DNA from: a virus
Lineage: Duplodnaviria; Caudoviricetes
Length of the DNA: 55,435 nucleotides
Virus record (IMG/VR): IMGVR_UViG_3300006919_000067
Span: 1 to 55,435 of that record
Direction: 5' to 3' (one strand)
Shown here: in pieces, positions 18,427-27,212 of the stretch
Position numbering within the stretch: position 1 is the stretch's first letter
Layout: every line of letters begins with the position of its first letter
Translations under genes and position numbers: made by a program
Notes under the pieces: generated by a model
Told to the model about the DNA's origin: nothing
Databases searched by the model: none
The model's input: only the letters and a program-made list of their open reading frames with translations

Positions 18427-20212
18427 TTTTGACAAACTTGTTAAAGCATTAGTTGAGAACAACAGATCTCAAGACGAAACAACCGATTCTTTAAATAAAC
18501 TTCATAAGACAATGGCTGATCAGTTTGTATTTATGCAACGTCAGGTAAAGGATGAGGAAGAAGCTAGAAGAGAAAAGGGTAAAGATAAAAGAAAAACTCA
18601 GGCTTTGCCTAAGAACTTAAAAGATTTGAACAAACAGTTAGGTCTTGGTGCTATTGGTGGATTAACAGGGATTTTGCTACCACTTACAGCAGGATTAGCG
18701 TCATTAAATCTTGCCATGGAAGGTTTGAGGGGATGGGAACTTAAAGCTATTAAGAACCTTAAAGTGTTAGATACTTTTGGAGATATTGCTCAGAAAGGCG
18801 CAATAGCTATCAAGGACAACTTATTGCGCTTAGTATTTGGTATTGGCCCAAGTGGATTACTACTTGAGGGGCAAGGGAAAAAGGGTGATTTGACTAAAGT
18901 TTTGACGGTTAATGAGGCTGTTCAGAGAAGAATAAACAATATAAGAACTTCTTTTTTAAATATGTTTGGAATTGGTGCAGATGGTAGACCCATACAATCC
19001 CCAAACAAAGGATTTAAAAAATCTTTCTCAGGCTCTGTGATCACAAAAGCAACCGATGCAATAGGAACTTTACTAAGCCCAATAGCGGATGTATCAAAAG
19101 CTATTACTGGATACATGGGTGGTGGCGGTAAGGCTTTATTTAATTGGATAGGAACTTTAGCCAAAGGCTCTGCTGGATGGTTAAGTGTTATAGGTAAAAT
19201 ACTAAAACCTATTGGGTTTATATTTTCTATAAAGGCCGCATACGATGATTTTGTGACTAGTGATAAAACTTCTCTATTAGAAAAAAGCACTGATGCTATA
19301 GGAGCCTTCTTTGGAGACTTTATTGGTGCTCCTATTGAATTACTAAAAGATTTACTTTCAGGGGCATTCAAGCTTGTAGGATGGAATGATGAGGCTAAAA
19401 CACTTGATAATATTGATCTTCAAAAAGGAATCACTGAAGCTTTCCAAGCAGTGTTAGATATCCCAAGAGAGTTGTTCAATTGGGTAGGAACTTTGTTTAG
19501 TGATCCTGCAAAAGCTGGTCAAATGGCTTGGAATACATTCTTAGCAGGATTAGGGCTTGCCGCTGATACCTACAGTACACTTGTAGATATAATGCTCTGG
19601 CCTGTCAATAAATTCTTCGGTTGGATTGGAGAATTGTTAGGGTGGAAAGATCCAGATAGCGAAGATATGGATATTAGAGCAACAGTTACTGGTTGGGTAA
19701 CAGACTTCTGGAATTTTCTTACAGGGTTTTTACCGAATATTAGTCAAATAGCATCCGACTTAACTACGTCTATTACAGCCATGTTACCTGATTGGTTGAA
19801 GGATAGTTTGGGATTAGGAACAGATTCGATTGAAGAAGATGCCGCCAATAAATTGAAACAACAGGGTTTGATAAAACAAATATTACAAGCTGATCTTAAT
19901 CAGGATGGTATTTTAACTAAACTAGAAGCTGAGAAATTTGGACAGCAGGGCATGGGTGCGGCTGATTCTTTGGCAGCATCGATAAATGCCTTGAATACTT
20001 TAAGAGGTGGTACATTAGGATCTTCTGCAGAGTTGATGAAGAATGGTCAAATGGTTATTATAAACAACGTTGATGCTTCTACAAACTCAGGTGATACCAC
20101 TTCAGTTTCTAATAGTAATGCCGGCGCAGGAAGCAGCGCATTGAGTGCTATGGATTTGATGTACTTCAGGCGAGAGATGAAGGATAATATGATACACAAC
20201 CCTAGAAGATAA
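18416..20212 (+). CDS. Tape-measure-like protein (gp29 position)
   Basis: 598 aa, helical Gly/Ala/Leu-rich with periodic W/F; follows tube initiator-gp26-gp51; size similar to T4 gp29. Confidence 0.6.
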   Translation: MADNFDKLVKALVENNRSQDETTDSLNKLHKTMADQFVFMQRQVKDEEEARREKGKDKRKTQALPKNLKDLNKQLGLGAIGGLTGILLPLTAGLASLNLAMEGLRGWELKAIKNLKVLDTFGDIAQKGAIAIKDNLLRLVFGIGPSGLLLEGQGKKGDLTKVLTVNEAVQRRINNIRTSFLNMFGIGADGRPIQSPNKGFKKSFSGSVITKATDAIGTLLSPIADVSKAITGYMGGGGKALFNWIGTLAKGSAGWLSVIGKILKPIGFIFSIKAAYDDFVTSDKTSLLEKSTDAIGAFFGDFIGAPIELLKDLLSGAFKLVGWNDEAKTLDNIDLQKGITEAFQAVLDIPRELFNWVGTLFSDPAKAGQMAWNTFLAGLGLAADTYSTLVDIMLWPVNKFFGWIGELLGWKDPDSEDMDIRATVTGWVTDFWNFLTGFLPNISQIASDLTTSITAMLPDWLKDSLGLGTDSIEEDAANKLKQQGLIKQILQADLNQDGILTKLEAEKFGQQGMGAADSLAASINALNTLRGGTLGSSAELMKNGQMVIINNVDASTNSGDTTSVSNSNAGAGSSALSAMDLMYFRREMKDNMIHNPRR

Positions 20213-20238
20213 AGGATGACCATTTCTGATCATCCTTT
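20211..20238. terminator. Hairpin between convergent transcription units (probable bidirectional terminator)
   Basis: Inverted repeat AAAGGATGAC-CATTTCTG-ATCATCCTTT between the + strand tail operon and the - strand gp32. Confidence 0.65.
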
Positions 20239-20317
20239 CGTAGGGTCTTCTGTGTACTGTTTTGTATCGAGTCTTACTCTGCATACAGGCGAGTGTGATT
20301 ACTCTACAGCGTTGCCT

Positions 20318-21235
20318 TTAGCCTTCTGCAGCAAGTTTAGCAAAGTACTGCATCGTATCGTCCTCTTCCATTGAGGACTCTGCAGTAGCCGCTACAGGCG
20401 CAGGAGTAGATGCAGCAACAGGTGCCGCTTTTGTTGTAGGCTCATCCCATGGAATGTTGTTATCCAAAGCTTCTACTTGTTTACGTGTAGCAGGAGTTGA
20501 TTCTCCCAACACAATCGCTAAACGAGCCTTTAGCTCATCATAGGATTTGTAGTTCTTTGGATCTGTCCATTCTGACATATCATGTTGCTTGTTATAGATA
20601 GCCTCTAGATCATCATCACTACCTGCCATAGCAGATGGTGACTTGAATGAAGAAGCATCATAGTTGATGTAGCCTTCAACCTTACGGATCTTTACCGTAA
20701 AGTCTGCACCCTTCCACATGTCAAATGGATTGATAGGTGCTTCATCAGGAAACTGTGGTTGCATAGTATCCATGATTTTATCAAAGATCTTCTTACCAAA
20801 ACGATACAGCTTGACCTGCCCTTCGTTCTCAGGGTTCGATGGATCAGAAATAATCAGAACGTTTGCGACATAACGTAGATTACGCTTACGCTCACGTACT
20901 GTTGCTTTGGCTTCATCAGAGCCATCTTCGTTCCACAAACGTGAGTTTGCTTCTGCCAATGGATCAGGCATACTGATAGAAGTAAGAGACTTCTCTACAT
21001 ACCACTGACCTGTTGGCCCCTTGAAGAAGTGATCCCAATAGCGTACCCATGGAGTAGGCGCATCAGCCGCTCCCGGTAAGAAACGAATAACAGCATAGCC
21101 GTTACCTGCTTTATCTCTAGTGGGTTGCCAGAAACGTTCATCATTACGATTTTCCGTTTTCTGTTCACCGCCTGATGCAGCCTGTACTAGTGCTGACAAA
21201 TCGGTGCGGCGGTTCTTTAGTTCTGCGAATGACAT
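20318..21235 (-). CDS. gp32: Single-stranded DNA-binding protein gp32
   Basis: DERFWQP..DKAGNGYAVIRFLP, FGKKIFDKI, NYDASSF and an acidic C-terminal tail ending YFAKLA. Confidence 0.96.
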   Translation of the reverse strand: MSFAELKNRRTDLSALVQAASGGEQKTENRNDERFWQPTRDKAGNGYAVIRFLPGAADAPTPWVRYWDHFFKGPTGQWYVEKSLTSISMPDPLAEANSRLWNEDGSDEAKATVRERKRNLRYVANVLIISDPSNPENEGQVKLYRFGKKIFDKIMDTMQPQFPDEAPINPFDMWKGADFTVKIRKVEGYINYDASSFKSPSAMAGSDDDLEAIYNKQHDMSEWTDPKNYKSYDELKARLAIVLGESTPATRKQVEALDNNIPWDEPTTKAAPVAASTPAPVAATAESSMEEDDTMQYFAKLAAEG

Positions 21236-21287
21236 ATTTGTATTTCTCCGTATCTTAATATGTATTATTGTATTTCTTGTTATCCAC

Positions 21288-21323
21288 GATTCTCATTATA
21301 TAGAAGTATTTATATAATGTCAA
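21288..21323 (-). promoter_or_regulatory. Composite gp32 promoter: perfect TTGACA-N17-TATAAT with an embedded late TATAAATA (21307-21314) and a GANTC just downstream
   Basis: Minus strand TTGACATTATATAAATACTTCTATATAATGAGAATC. Confidence 0.85.
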
Positions 21324-21868
21324 GTTCTTTTATATATCCATGCAACTAAAACTTCTCTGTTACCCTGTAGAACTTTGTTCACCTGATGATCTCTAAAAGA
21401 TGTAAAGAATATTGTTTCACCGACATCTAAACTTACATTATGCCCTATGTTGTACTGATCCCATATAATAAAATCTCCACCTCGTAAATCATCAGACTTA
21501 CTAATGATGGTTGATGTAGAAAATACTCTACCATTAGGATCACGTTCTCCATCTATTTTTATATGGTCATGATGTCTTACAAAGTGATCGCCTTCTCCGT
21601 ATTTCAAATAGTTAAACTCTTTAACAATATAATCAGCAGGATTTAAAGTGCTATCCCAAATTGAAATCATGTCTGTTAAAGATTTGGTTATTTCTGGATA
21701 ATGGTCTGGGTTAATATTATTTTTATATTTAGTTGACCTAGCAGATTTATCTATTTTCGATTTATTATCTCTATAAACTCCGGCGAGACTAAAAGAAGAT
21801 TTATCATCTCTCATATCGTATAAAGATTCGATGTTTAAATCTTTTCTTTTTATATAAAGCTTATTCAT
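21320..21868 (-). CDS. 2OG-Fe(II) oxygenase (prolyl-4-hydroxylase-like)
   Basis: KYGEGDHFVRHHD (HxD), RVFS, GGDF and HQV..V..GNREVLVAW motifs. Confidence 0.85.
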   Translation of the reverse strand: MNKLYIKRKDLNIESLYDMRDDKSSFSLAGVYRDNKSKIDKSARSTKYKNNINPDHYPEITKSLTDMISIWDSTLNPADYIVKEFNYLKYGEGDHFVRHHDHIKIDGERDPNGRVFSTSTIISKSDDLRGGDFIIWDQYNIGHNVSLDVGETIFFTSFRDHQVNKVLQGNREVLVAWIYKRT

Positions 21869-22098
21869 TAGTCTACAGGCAACATATTCTGTCTTGGTAA
21901 ATAGTTCAGATTCATTGCTTCAGCCTCAAGCTTATCTTTTATTGTCGGTGAGATGAACTTACGTACATCTTCTAGATCTACTTCTATATCACTGCAAATA
22001 TGAATAACAGCATCCATGTAAGATGACCTATGATTTTTTACTGTTTTTTCTACTAGCATTGTGAACTTCGTTTTTGTTAGAAATGTTTCTTCCTGCAT
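21868..22098 (-). CDS. gp33: Late-transcription coactivator gp33
   Basis: SYMDAVIHIC...ISPTIKDKLEAEAMNLNYLPR motif. Start trimmed to MQEETFLTK. Confidence 0.88.
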   Translation of the reverse strand: MQEETFLTKTKFTMLVEKTVKNHRSSYMDAVIHICSDIEVDLEDVRKFISPTIKDKLEAEAMNLNYLPRQNMLPVD

Positions 22099-22555
22099 TA
22101 TCCTCGTCTGCCAATTCTTGTGTGTATTTACCGCCGATATCAGGATACCATACCCCGACTGTTCTTTTAGGAGTTCCATCAGGATAATATGCCATTGCCA
22201 CACACTTATACCCTACAGCATGTTGTCTCTCAGATCCCCATCTACTATCAGAATATATTCCAGTTCTCAGATAGTTTTGTAGGTTAGCTAAGTAAACCTC
22301 TTCAAGTGTGTATGCTGCTCTCTCTTTTGCATCCTTTGAGTTTTTCCATTTTCTCATGGACTGCATTTTAAGTTTAGTATTATTAATCCAACCTCGCACA
22401 CGTGGTGGAGCAAATGGATCTGTGTCAGGCAGGTTTCGAATAGACGCATCTATAGACAGTTGCTTAGATGGTGCCTTTGCTTCTCTTGCCTTGGCTAAAC
22501 GTTCACGCAACTCTTGACGTTTCTCTTCTGAAAGCTGTCGTTTTTTTCTTGGCAT
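22028..22555 (-). CDS. Conserved hypothetical phage protein (basic N-terminus)
   Basis: SD GGAG and a sigma70 promoter precede MPRKKRQ; contains ERLAKAREAK and CVAMAYYPDGTPKRTVG. Confidence 0.7.
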   Translation of the reverse strand: MPRKKRQLSEEKRQELRERLAKAREAKAPSKQLSIDASIRNLPDTDPFAPPRVRGWINNTKLKMQSMRKWKNSKDAKERAAYTLEEVYLANLQNYLRTGIYSDSRWGSERQHAVGYKCVAMAYYPDGTPKRTVGVWYPDIGGKYTQELADEDNAGRNISNKNEVHNASRKNSKKS

Positions 22556-22574
22556 ATCAAATCTCCATAATAAT

Positions 22575-22603
22575 ATAATATCAGAAATATTAGGTAGTGT
22601 CAA
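22575..22603 (-). promoter_or_regulatory. Sigma70-type promoter TTGACA-N17-TATTAT
   Basis: Minus strand TTGACACTACCTAATATTTCTGATATTAT. Confidence 0.7.
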
Positions 22604-22812
22604 TCCTCATCAAGACGTAATATTTCTGTGTCACCATTTTCATCAGTTCTATGTTTTATGAATCCTTGATCACATAAGTATACAATGGTATGCTCAACAG
22701 TCTCTTCTTGTTTTTTATTTGACCACAGATAGCCAATCATAAATGCACATACAGAAGCTAGTGCTAAAAGAACCCATTGCATAATCTCAGGATTGCTGAT
22801 TAGTGATGACAT
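22600..22812 (-). CDS. Small membrane protein
   Basis: One hydrophobic segment (WVLLALASVCAFMIGYLW). Confidence 0.6.
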   Translation of the reverse strand: MSSLISNPEIMQWVLLALASVCAFMIGYLWSNKKQEETVEHTIVYLCDQGFIKHRTDENGDTEILRLDED

Positions 22813-23506
22813 ATTTTCTTACCTTTTCTAAATCATTAGTTACAAGTGAGTTAGGTCCACCTGTATTACGTGAAACTTGTTGCCAGTTGGATAGTGTCAC
22901 TAACTTCTTGTGATAGTGATATGCTATCTGTTGACCAAGACCTTCGTATCCTAAACACAATGTGCTATGACGAATCGTTTCAAACACATAGTCTACTGGC
23001 ATCCTATAATCAACCATTTTTATAGGAATGTCAAGCTCTTTTATGAAATTATTGAAAGTATCTTTATTTATAGGCATTTTATCATGGGCCACAGGAGTAA
23101 GATTGTTCCATGGTGTCCACACACAAAGATACTCTAGATTGAAAGATTGATGTACAGGAATAAGTTTAGGATGACCTATTTTCTCGCTAACAATCTTGGC
23201 ATGTTCTTTACGTAAAAAGTTTACATATCTATTTGCATATTTTTCAAGTCTACAAATCTCGACTGTATATGGTATACAGGTTGTGATATAGTGCCGTAAT
23301 ACATTGTGTAATATATCTCTATACATCAAAGCATCAACACTAGGTTCTATCACATATCGAACAGAGACCTTTTCTCCTATAAGATATCTAATAGATTTTG
23401 CGTATGCCATGGTTCTTATAATATCACCATACCCATAGGAGTTTTGAGTGATGATTTCATATCCATCATCACTCTCTTGAAGCTTTATATCTTTTTTTAA
23501 TCCCAC
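22787..23506 (-). CDS. Putative GT-B glycosyltransferase (GT9-like); paralog of 44631-45452
   Basis: GYGDII and VDYRMP...IRHSTLCLGYEG motifs shared with the 44631 gene; reminiscent of the GT9 GxGD and GxDSG motifs. Confidence 0.5.
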   Translation of the reverse strand: MGLKKDIKLQESDDGYEIITQNSYGYGDIIRTMAYAKSIRYLIGEKVSVRYVIEPSVDALMYRDILHNVLRHYITTCIPYTVEICRLEKYANRYVNFLRKEHAKIVSEKIGHPKLIPVHQSFNLEYLCVWTPWNNLTPVAHDKMPINKDTFNNFIKELDIPIKMVDYRMPVDYVFETIRHSTLCLGYEGLGQQIAYHYHKKLVTLSNWQQVSRNTGGPNSLVTNDLEKVRKYVITNQQS

Positions 23507-23718
23507 TCGTTATCCCACTTTGTGGTTTGATGATAGACTTCGCCGTAATACTCTTTAGCATATTTAGGTGCATCAGAATAGAAGATATTGTAGAGATCCT
23601 TATCTTCATCTTCTTTTTTATTTTGATTTCGTTTTATGCCAGCTTGCTTCTTTTGCTTTCGCATAAAATCTTCATGTTGCTTTTTCAGTTCAGCTACGAA
23701 TGTATTCATACCAACCAT
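23497..23718 (-). CDS. Hypothetical protein
   Basis: ORF in a tightly packed minus-strand run. Confidence 0.6.
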   Translation of the reverse strand: MVGMNTFVAELKKQHEDFMRKQKKQAGIKRNQNKKEDEDKDLYNIFYSDAPKYAKEYYGEVYHQTTKWDNEWD

Positions 23719-23878
23719 TATCCTCTAATCGATTCTTGAAGAGTATAACCTCTTCTGTATCTAATGTCAACTCTGTTTTTTTACATTTGTTAACAAACTC
23801 ACGTAGGGTCCAAAACCCCATACCATTATTGACAACACTATAGTGCTTGTCTTTATATCGATCATTCTTATAAATCAC
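23690..23878 (-). CDS. Hypothetical protein
   Basis: ORF in a tightly packed minus-strand run. Confidence 0.55.
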   Translation of the reverse strand: MIYKNDRYKDKHYSVVNNGMGFWTLREFVNKCKKTELTLDTEEVILFKNRLEDNGWYEYIRS

Positions 23879-24290
23879 GATAAGGATCTTTCACTTTATA
23901 TGAAGTATCAGGATTTTTGTTCTGATTCTTCTGTAGTTCTTTTACACCCAAAGCATGCATGAAGCTAGGATCAGCCATAAGGATATCAATAACCTTTTCC
24001 CAATCCTGTATCTTTCCTTCAACATACTGCAATCGTCTGTCCATGTGTTGGACTTGATATTCTGACATAATCATTTTCTCCAATTCTTGAATATATTCTG
24101 CAGCCTTCCAAGCATAGTGTTCAGTACATCTAGACTTCCACTCTTCTCCTGCTTTATTTTTTAGTTTTTTTACCCACTCACTTTGAACAGTACGAGGAGT
24201 AATACCCCATCGTACATAGTTATCTCCCTTATCAACAACATCATGCTCATTTTCTTCTTTTTCGAAGCCATGGGTATTATGGGTTATCAT
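23868..24290 (-). CDS. Hypothetical protein
   Basis: TAATG-coupled to the upstream gene. Confidence 0.6.
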   Translation of the reverse strand: MITHNTHGFEKEENEHDVVDKGDNYVRWGITPRTVQSEWVKKLKNKAGEEWKSRCTEHYAWKAAEYIQELEKMIMSEYQVQHMDRRLQYVEGKIQDWEKVIDILMADPSFMHALGVKELQKNQNKNPDTSYKVKDPYRDL

Positions 24291-24637
24291 TATGCTACCT
24301 CTTTAAATCCAAAGTTTGCTACAACGTGACGGTTACCATCTTCGTCTTCGATAAGGTCACCAACAGACACAGAAGCCATACGACCCAAACGAGTGATCTG
24401 AGACTCAGGACCAATGTTGCCAACTTGAAAAACCTCATCTAAGCAAGTAGCTTCGATTTGAGCTACACCAGTATAAAGATTTTCATACAGAGCTTTTTCA
24501 ACAAGACCTACCATTTTCTCACCACGGAAGTCCATAGCCATATCTGACTTGATATCACGCTTCATGCTTTTTGTGCCAGCATTGATACCTGCGATTTCAT
24601 CATCTGTGTAACGGATTTGATAAACTGTGTATTGCAT
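24290..24637 (-). CDS. YodL-like domain protein
   Basis: YTVYQI...LDEVF...ASVSVGDLI resembles the YodL SLSVSDIV motif. Confidence 0.55.
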   Translation of the reverse strand: MQYTVYQIRYTDDEIAGINAGTKSMKRDIKSDMAMDFRGEKMVGLVEKALYENLYTGVAQIEATCLDEVFQVGNIGPESQITRLGRMASVSVGDLIEDEDGNRHVVANFGFKEVA

Positions 24638-24673
24638 TACGAATCATTCCTTCTATCTACACTACCTTTTTAA

Positions 24674-24681
24674 TATAAATA
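24674..24681 (+). promoter_or_regulatory. Late promoter TATAAATA for the + strand GT25 gene, nested in a weaker divergent sigma70 promoter (TTGACA at 24690-24695, minus strand)
   Basis: Exact late motif; the minus-strand -10 (TAAAAA) is poor. Confidence 0.65.
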
Positions 24682-24688
24682 GAGGTAA

Positions 24689-25351
24689 ATGTCAACCCTT
24701 AAAATGGATGTGAATATGTTTAAAACGATAATGATTAGAATTCCTAACAATCCAGTTTCAGAGCGTTATGCCCAGAAAGCTAGTGCTTCTTGGGAAGGAT
24801 TTAATCTTAGATATTATGACGCTATTACTCCTGAGACTTTATCAGCACAATCTGGTTTGACATTCGGAAAAAGAGGTAACGATAGAGAACTAACTGATAC
24901 TGAAAAGGCTTGTTTCTATAGTCAATACAATCTATGGAAAAAATGTGCTGCTGAGAATGTTCCTATATTAATATTAGAACATGATGCATGGTTACAAAAA
25001 CCTTCTGCTATCAACTTTAATCCTGATCTGCAAGTTCAGTTTTTTGGTCAACATGCCATGGAAGCAGTTATGTTTCATCCTCATTTTGCAAAAAGAATAT
25101 TAAATCACGTTGCAAAACATCCTGTGTCAGGTCCAATGACATTAGTTGATGGATTGTTAGGATACTTTCACAGACAAGAACAAAGTAGGTATGGTATCCC
25201 ACACGCTAGGTATATGGGTAAACATGCTCCTGTCCATTCGCTAATAGATCCAAATATTGGAACCACTGTGCAACATCCATCAGGAACAACAGTAGATAGA
25301 TTAAAAAAAGATAAAGATTTGTTTAGATTAGTTGACCTTAATAATATTTAG
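24689..25351 (+). CDS. GT25-like glycosyltransferase (true start possibly 24716)
   Basis: YDAITP, EKACFYSQYNLWKKC and ILILEHDA motifs, shared with the paralogs at 36-43 kb. Confidence 0.75.
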   Translation: MSTLKMDVNMFKTIMIRIPNNPVSERYAQKASASWEGFNLRYYDAITPETLSAQSGLTFGKRGNDRELTDTEKACFYSQYNLWKKCAAENVPILILEHDAWLQKPSAINFNPDLQVQFFGQHAMEAVMFHPHFAKRILNHVAKHPVSGPMTLVDGLLGYFHRQEQSRYGIPHARYMGKHAPVHSLIDPNIGTTVQHPSGTTVDRLKKDKDLFRLVDLNNI

Positions 25352-25357
25352 AAACTG

Positions 25358-25960
25358 TCATCTGTAATATCCTATTGTCATAAATCTTGTATAGTTAGGC
25401 ATTTTCTGAGAGTCAGTAAAAAGTCTGTGGTTTAAGTTATTTTTATTTGCTAACTCTTTGGCGCTATTCACACAGTTTATATGTTCTATAATGTTTGTAT
25501 AGTCGTTGGATTGTAGAGCATAGGTAGGTCCATATACTGCAGGAATATCCTTCATGTGTTCACAACTAGTGTTAATGATTAGATCATATGACTCATGGTC
25601 TGAAAAATCTTCAGCGTTCATTATAATACTGCTATAGTTTTTAGGCATAGCATTAATTTCAAAATAAAGATCTCTATGATGATGGCATGATTGGTTAATA
25701 TCTAAGAAATCCCAATAATCAACACTACAGTATGTGTTCATTAGTTCATATAGAAGACATCCATTCCAACTACCTAAAACGAGAACCTTCTTCCAATTCA
25801 TATTAATATTTGATATTTCTTCAACCAACCATTTCTTGCATCTGATTTGATTTGGTCTAAAACTTTCGACAAACTCTGCAATACTTTGTTTTGAGAAATC
25901 TTTCATATCAAACATATGAAAGCCAGCGTTTGCAAATCGCCCTAAAACTTTTTCATCCAT
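25358..25960 (-). CDS. Class I SAM-dependent methyltransferase-like protein
   Basis: VLVLGSWNG, LDI and LIINTSCEHM motifs. Confidence 0.65.
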   Translation of the reverse strand: MDEKVLGRFANAGFHMFDMKDFSKQSIAEFVESFRPNQIRCKKWLVEEISNINMNWKKVLVLGSWNGCLLYELMNTYCSVDYWDFLDINQSCHHHRDLYFEINAMPKNYSSIIMNAEDFSDHESYDLIINTSCEHMKDIPAVYGPTYALQSNDYTNIIEHINCVNSAKELANKNNLNHRLFTDSQKMPNYTRFMTIGYYR

Positions 25961-26438
25961 CAGGCATTACCTTTACTTCACCTATGTACATTTTATTGTT
26001 CACAGTATTATATATTAGTTCTGCAACATTAGTTTGACTATCTGTCATATATCCAATATTAAAAATATACGATTTACATTTATTTTGCTGATATGCAATT
26101 TGCATATGGGCTTCATGTAGTGCTTTCTTATGAATAGCATATGGTTGTAAATAATCTCTAACACCTATAGAGGATAAACTACCAATGTTGATAATCTTTT
26201 TATCTTTGTCTTTCCACATATCATACACTGCATAGAGAAGATCTACTTGAGAATATCTATCGTATGCATTATTAATGAACACATCACATTCATCAATTCT
26301 TTCAATAATCTTATCGATTTTTCTTATATCAAATCCATTCGATCTACTCAGTCCAACAACCATATCAGATACAGAAAACCGCTCAAAAAGAGCGGCCCCT
26401 AATCCACGTGTATGTCCTGTTATTGCTACTCTTCGCAT
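25953..26438 (-). CDS. Short-chain dehydrogenase/reductase
   Basis: TGHTRGLG, FINNA, IINIGS and YxxxK (YAIHK) motifs. Confidence 0.85.
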   Translation of the reverse strand: MRRVAITGHTRGLGAALFERFSVSDMVVGLSRSNGFDIRKIDKIIERIDECDVFINNAYDRYSQVDLLYAVYDMWKDKDKKIINIGSLSSIGVRDYLQPYAIHKKALHEAHMQIAYQQNKCKSYIFNIGYMTDSQTNVAELIYNTVNNKMYIGEVKVMPDG

Positions 26439-26605
26439 AGACTATCATACCGTTCTTTGAGTGCCATGAGCATACCATACGTTGCTCTAAGTCGGATGCA
26501 TTCTCCACGCCATGTTTCCACCATGCCCTCAGGTCCATCCGTGTTCTCTAGTATATAGTCAGCCCACTTAACACCATTGTCAAACGTAATACCTTCACCA
26601 ATCAT
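26426..26605 (-). CDS. Small hypothetical protein (59 aa)
   Basis: Manual translation MIGEGITFDNGVKWADYILEN...YDSLCEE*; TAATG-coupled to the upstream gene. Confidence 0.6.
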   Translation of the reverse strand: MIGEGITFDNGVKWADYILENTDGPEGMVETWRGECIRLRATYGMLMALKERYDSLCEE

Positions 26606-26748
26606 TACAGAGCTTCCAATTCTTTTTGAAAGTCACGTATCATAGCTTCAGCAGCAGCTACAGCAGCCATGTCAGGCTCATCCATTGCTAGATAAGTTTC
26701 GATGTTTTGGCGACAAGCGGCGATATAGTTCTCAAGCATTTCAATCAT
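26605..26748 (-). CDS. Small early protein (47 aa)
   Basis: Manual translation MIEMLENYIAACRQNIETYLAMDEPD...ELEAL*; directly behind a sigma70 promoter and GAGAG SD. Confidence 0.65.
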   Translation of the reverse strand: MIEMLENYIAACRQNIETYLAMDEPDMAAVAAAEAMIRDFQKELEAL

Positions 26749-26751
26749 TAC

Positions 26752-26804
26752 GAATCTCTCTCTTGTTACATATACAATCTAACAAAAGTTTATCTTAATG
26801 TCAA
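26752..26804 (-). promoter_or_regulatory. Early sigma70 promoter TTGACA-N17-TAGATT; GATTC between SD and ATG
   Basis: TTGACATTAAGATAAACTTTTGTTAGATTGTATATGTAACAAGAGAGAGATTCGTAATG; leader shared with the 35424-35475 unit. Confidence 0.75.
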
Positions 26805-26813
26805 GAAAAAAGT

Positions 26814-27212
26814 TTAGTAGGTGATAACTTTATTTGGCGTTTTGAAGTTTTTCTTACGCATGATTGTTTTCATTACAACGTCAAACTCATCCTTACGTTG
26901 ATCATAGGTAACTGCAACAGGAATGTTCAGATCTTTCTGAATGTCTTTTACCACTGCTTCAGCACCTGCGATACCCTTCAGAGACTTACCCTGCTTTGCA
27001 TAGATCTTCTTAATAAACTCAGCAAGCTCTTTCATGGTAATACATGGAGTGTTGCGTTCATCACTCATGCGATCTGCGAAGTGACGTGTGAAGTTAAAAT
27101 CAATATTAAACTTCTTGAATAGTTGATCAACAATCTTCTCAAACTGTTTGATCTGCTTCATACCTACAAGGTCACACTGTGCTTCCTGTAAGTGTTGTTT
27201 AAAACTAAGCAT
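26814..27212 (-). CDS. Putative virion-internal protein, possible RelE/BECR-like nuclease fold
   Basis: Start MLSFKQHLQEA overlaps the upstream stop; contains FTRHFADRM and VVMKTIMRK motifs. Confidence 0.55.
   Translation of the reverse strand: MLSFKQHLQEAQCDLVGMKQIKQFEKIVDQLFKKFNIDFNFTRHFADRMSDERNTPCITMKELAEFIKKIYAKQGKSLKGIAGAEAVVKDIQKDLNIPVAVTYDQRKDEFDVVMKTIMRKKNFKTPNKVITY

Noticed and set aside
20239-20317. Self-cleaving ribozyme (hammerhead/twister)
   Set aside because: The conserved catalytic core sequences were not found.
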